Below are positions 62,900-64,000 of a stretch of 64,000 bases of DNA, in pieces. Made by a program: the position numbers and the translations under genes. Where the stretch lies: positions 136,141-200,140 of the forward strand of contig CAZVNM010000005.1 in NCBI GenBank assembly GCA_964628685.1, written 5' to 3'. Source of the DNA: an uncultured Bifidobacteriaceae bacterium (GTDB lineage: Bacteria > Actinomycetota > Thermoleophilia > Miltoncostaeales > Miltoncostaeaceae). The first letter of the stretch is position 1. Each line of letters begins with the position of its first letter. Under the pieces are notes generated by a model. The model did no database searches and was not told the origin of the DNA. It saw only the letters and a program-made list of their open reading frames with translations.

Positions 62900-63576
62900 A
62901 TGCCTTCACAACTCGCGGTGCACTGGCCGTGCTGATGACTGCAACGACGATCCTTGTTGGGGCATGCGGGACGCAAGCAGGGACTCGTATTTCGGTCGAC
63001 TCCGTGCTCGATGATTTGATGCGTCCCGGTCGCATCCTCGAGATACGGATGACCGATCAGGGCTCGGAGGCCACGGTGCGAGAGGGGCGGGGCATCCGGG
63101 CCAATCTGGTGTTCGCAGGTCGGACGACCCGTAAACCACCCGATACGGATGGCGTGCTGGACCGGATCACCCTGATCCGTCGCGGGACGGGAAACACACT
63201 GAACGGTCAAGAGTATGTCCGGAGGACCGGCGGGCGATCTTGGCAGGCGGTCCGCCTAGAATTATCAACAACTGACGAAGCCCTCGCTTCGAGTGTTGTT
63301 ACCGCTTTGGACGCCATACTTCGAGGTGCGGAGGGGCGCGGGAGCGTGGACGGGGGAGCAATGGTAGTACGCCTCACGCCACGCCCAGGTGAAGATGATT
63401 TGGAGTTCCGTTACCAACTGGGACGAGACCCGCTGCCAGTTGAGATGTCGGTCCCCGCCGCGATCTTTCCTGGTGGCGGACCGTCGGTGACCAGGATCTC
63501 GATCTCGCAATGCCAATGCACCGACGCGATCTTTCGGCCTGACGACAGGGGGCGTTCGGGGCAGCGGGAACCGTAA
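62896..63576 (+). CDS. Lipoprotein, candidate immunity protein for the RHS tip
   Basis: ATG overlaps the RHS stop (ATGA). Lipobox TILVGAC-GTQ. No family recognised. The position is the classical immunity position. Confidence 0.45.
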   Translation: MNAFTTRGALAVLMTATTILVGACGTQAGTRISVDSVLDDLMRPGRILEIRMTDQGSEATVREGRGIRANLVFAGRTTRKPPDTDGVLDRITLIRRGTGNTLNGQEYVRRTGGRSWQAVRLELSTTDEALASSVVTALDAILRGAEGRGSVDGGAMVVRLTPRPGEDDLEFRYQLGRDPLPVEMSVPAAIFPGGGPSVTRISISQCQCTDAIFRPDDRGRSGQREP

Positions 63577-63703
63577 CCGTACGAGCGACCGATTCCAGCC
63601 TGGTGGCAGGCAGCGACTTGGAGGCCTTGTCGTGAACGGTCCTGCCCACGCCCGTCGCACTACACTCCCCGGGTCACGCACCGCCCGAGAGGAACGCGTC
63701 CCC

Positions 63704-64000
63704 GTGCCCACCGACCGCCTGGCCGTCATCACCGCCGCCTTCGACCGCGCCATCGCGGCCGGACGCCTGCACGAGGCGGCCGACCTGATCGCCCGGACGG
63801 GCCGCATGGGCGTCGACCCGATGACCGCCGGCACGCGACGGCGCATGGAGGGGCAGCTGGCCCTCGCGCGCGACGACGTGCCCGCCGCGCTCGGGGCCCT
63901 GCGCGACGCCGTCGACGCCGCCCGCACGGCGGGGCGCATGGACCTGCTGGCGGGAGGGTGGCTGGCCGACCTCGGTTCGGCGCTCGCGCGGTCCGGCGAT
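63704..64000 (+). CDS. 5' part of an Ala/Arg-rich helical protein (possibly a TPR-like regulator), truncated by the window end
   Basis: GAGAGGAA SD about 8 nt before the GTG at 63704. Open frame to the window end (VPTDRLAVITAAFDRAIAAGRLHEAADLIART...). Confidence 0.35.
   Translation, partial: MPTDRLAVITAAFDRAIAAGRLHEAADLIARTGRMGVDPMTAGTRRRMEGQLALARDDVPAALGALRDAVDAARTAGRMDLLAGGWLADLGSALARSGD

Overview
High-G+C (by eye about 70%) chromosomal window. The gene content suggests a monoderm, Actinobacteriota-like organism, possibly Thermoleophilia-type. Supporting points are the futalosine-pathway radical SAM enzyme, an LLM/F420-type oxidoreductase, LigD, a mycobacterial-type VapC remnant, and 'periplasmic' redox enzymes carrying lipoboxes. 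This placement is inference only. I can support about 65 protein genes and one tRNA-Asn. I see no rRNA, CRISPR, transposase or integrase. Housekeeping genes include trpF-trpB-trpA, corA, PMM/PGM, pepF, rnd, an ABC-F ATPase, ppx/gppA, ligD, plsY-pgsA and ctaA.

Three things stand out.

(1) A lipoprotein-type cytochrome cd1 nitrite reductase (nirS) is followed by a tightly coupled copper cluster: His/Met-rich membrane protein, MbnP-like, MbnH-like, CopC, YcnI. The cluster ends at a terminator next to tRNA-Asn. The window also holds two further CopC/CopD genes and a lipoprotein PQQ quinohemoprotein dehydrogenase.

(2) A visibly lower-G+C islet lies at about 59.5-63.6 kb. A PD40 beta-propeller gene breaks off mid-repeat there and abuts, out of frame, an RHS/YD-repeat core fragment. 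That fragment carries a C-terminal tip of about 155 aa that I cannot classify. A 4-nt-overlapping lipoprotein gene follows and is a candidate immunity gene.

(3) There are four separate intergenic tandem amplifications with periods of about 106-137 bp. The largest (6.5-7.4 kb) has 7 structured units. Each unit carries a hairpin box whose 15-mer TGGCACGTAACTTGC exactly matches the sigma-54 -24/-12 consensus. The same box recurs at 51.0-51.4 kb in both orientations, with one compensatory stem change.

Many long ORFs in the supplied track are antisense or out-of-frame shadows typical of high-G+C DNA and were rejected. CDS coordinates were frame-checked against the track. Coordinates of hairpins and repeats may be off by 1-2 nt. 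All family assignments come from motif recognition by eye, not from searches.
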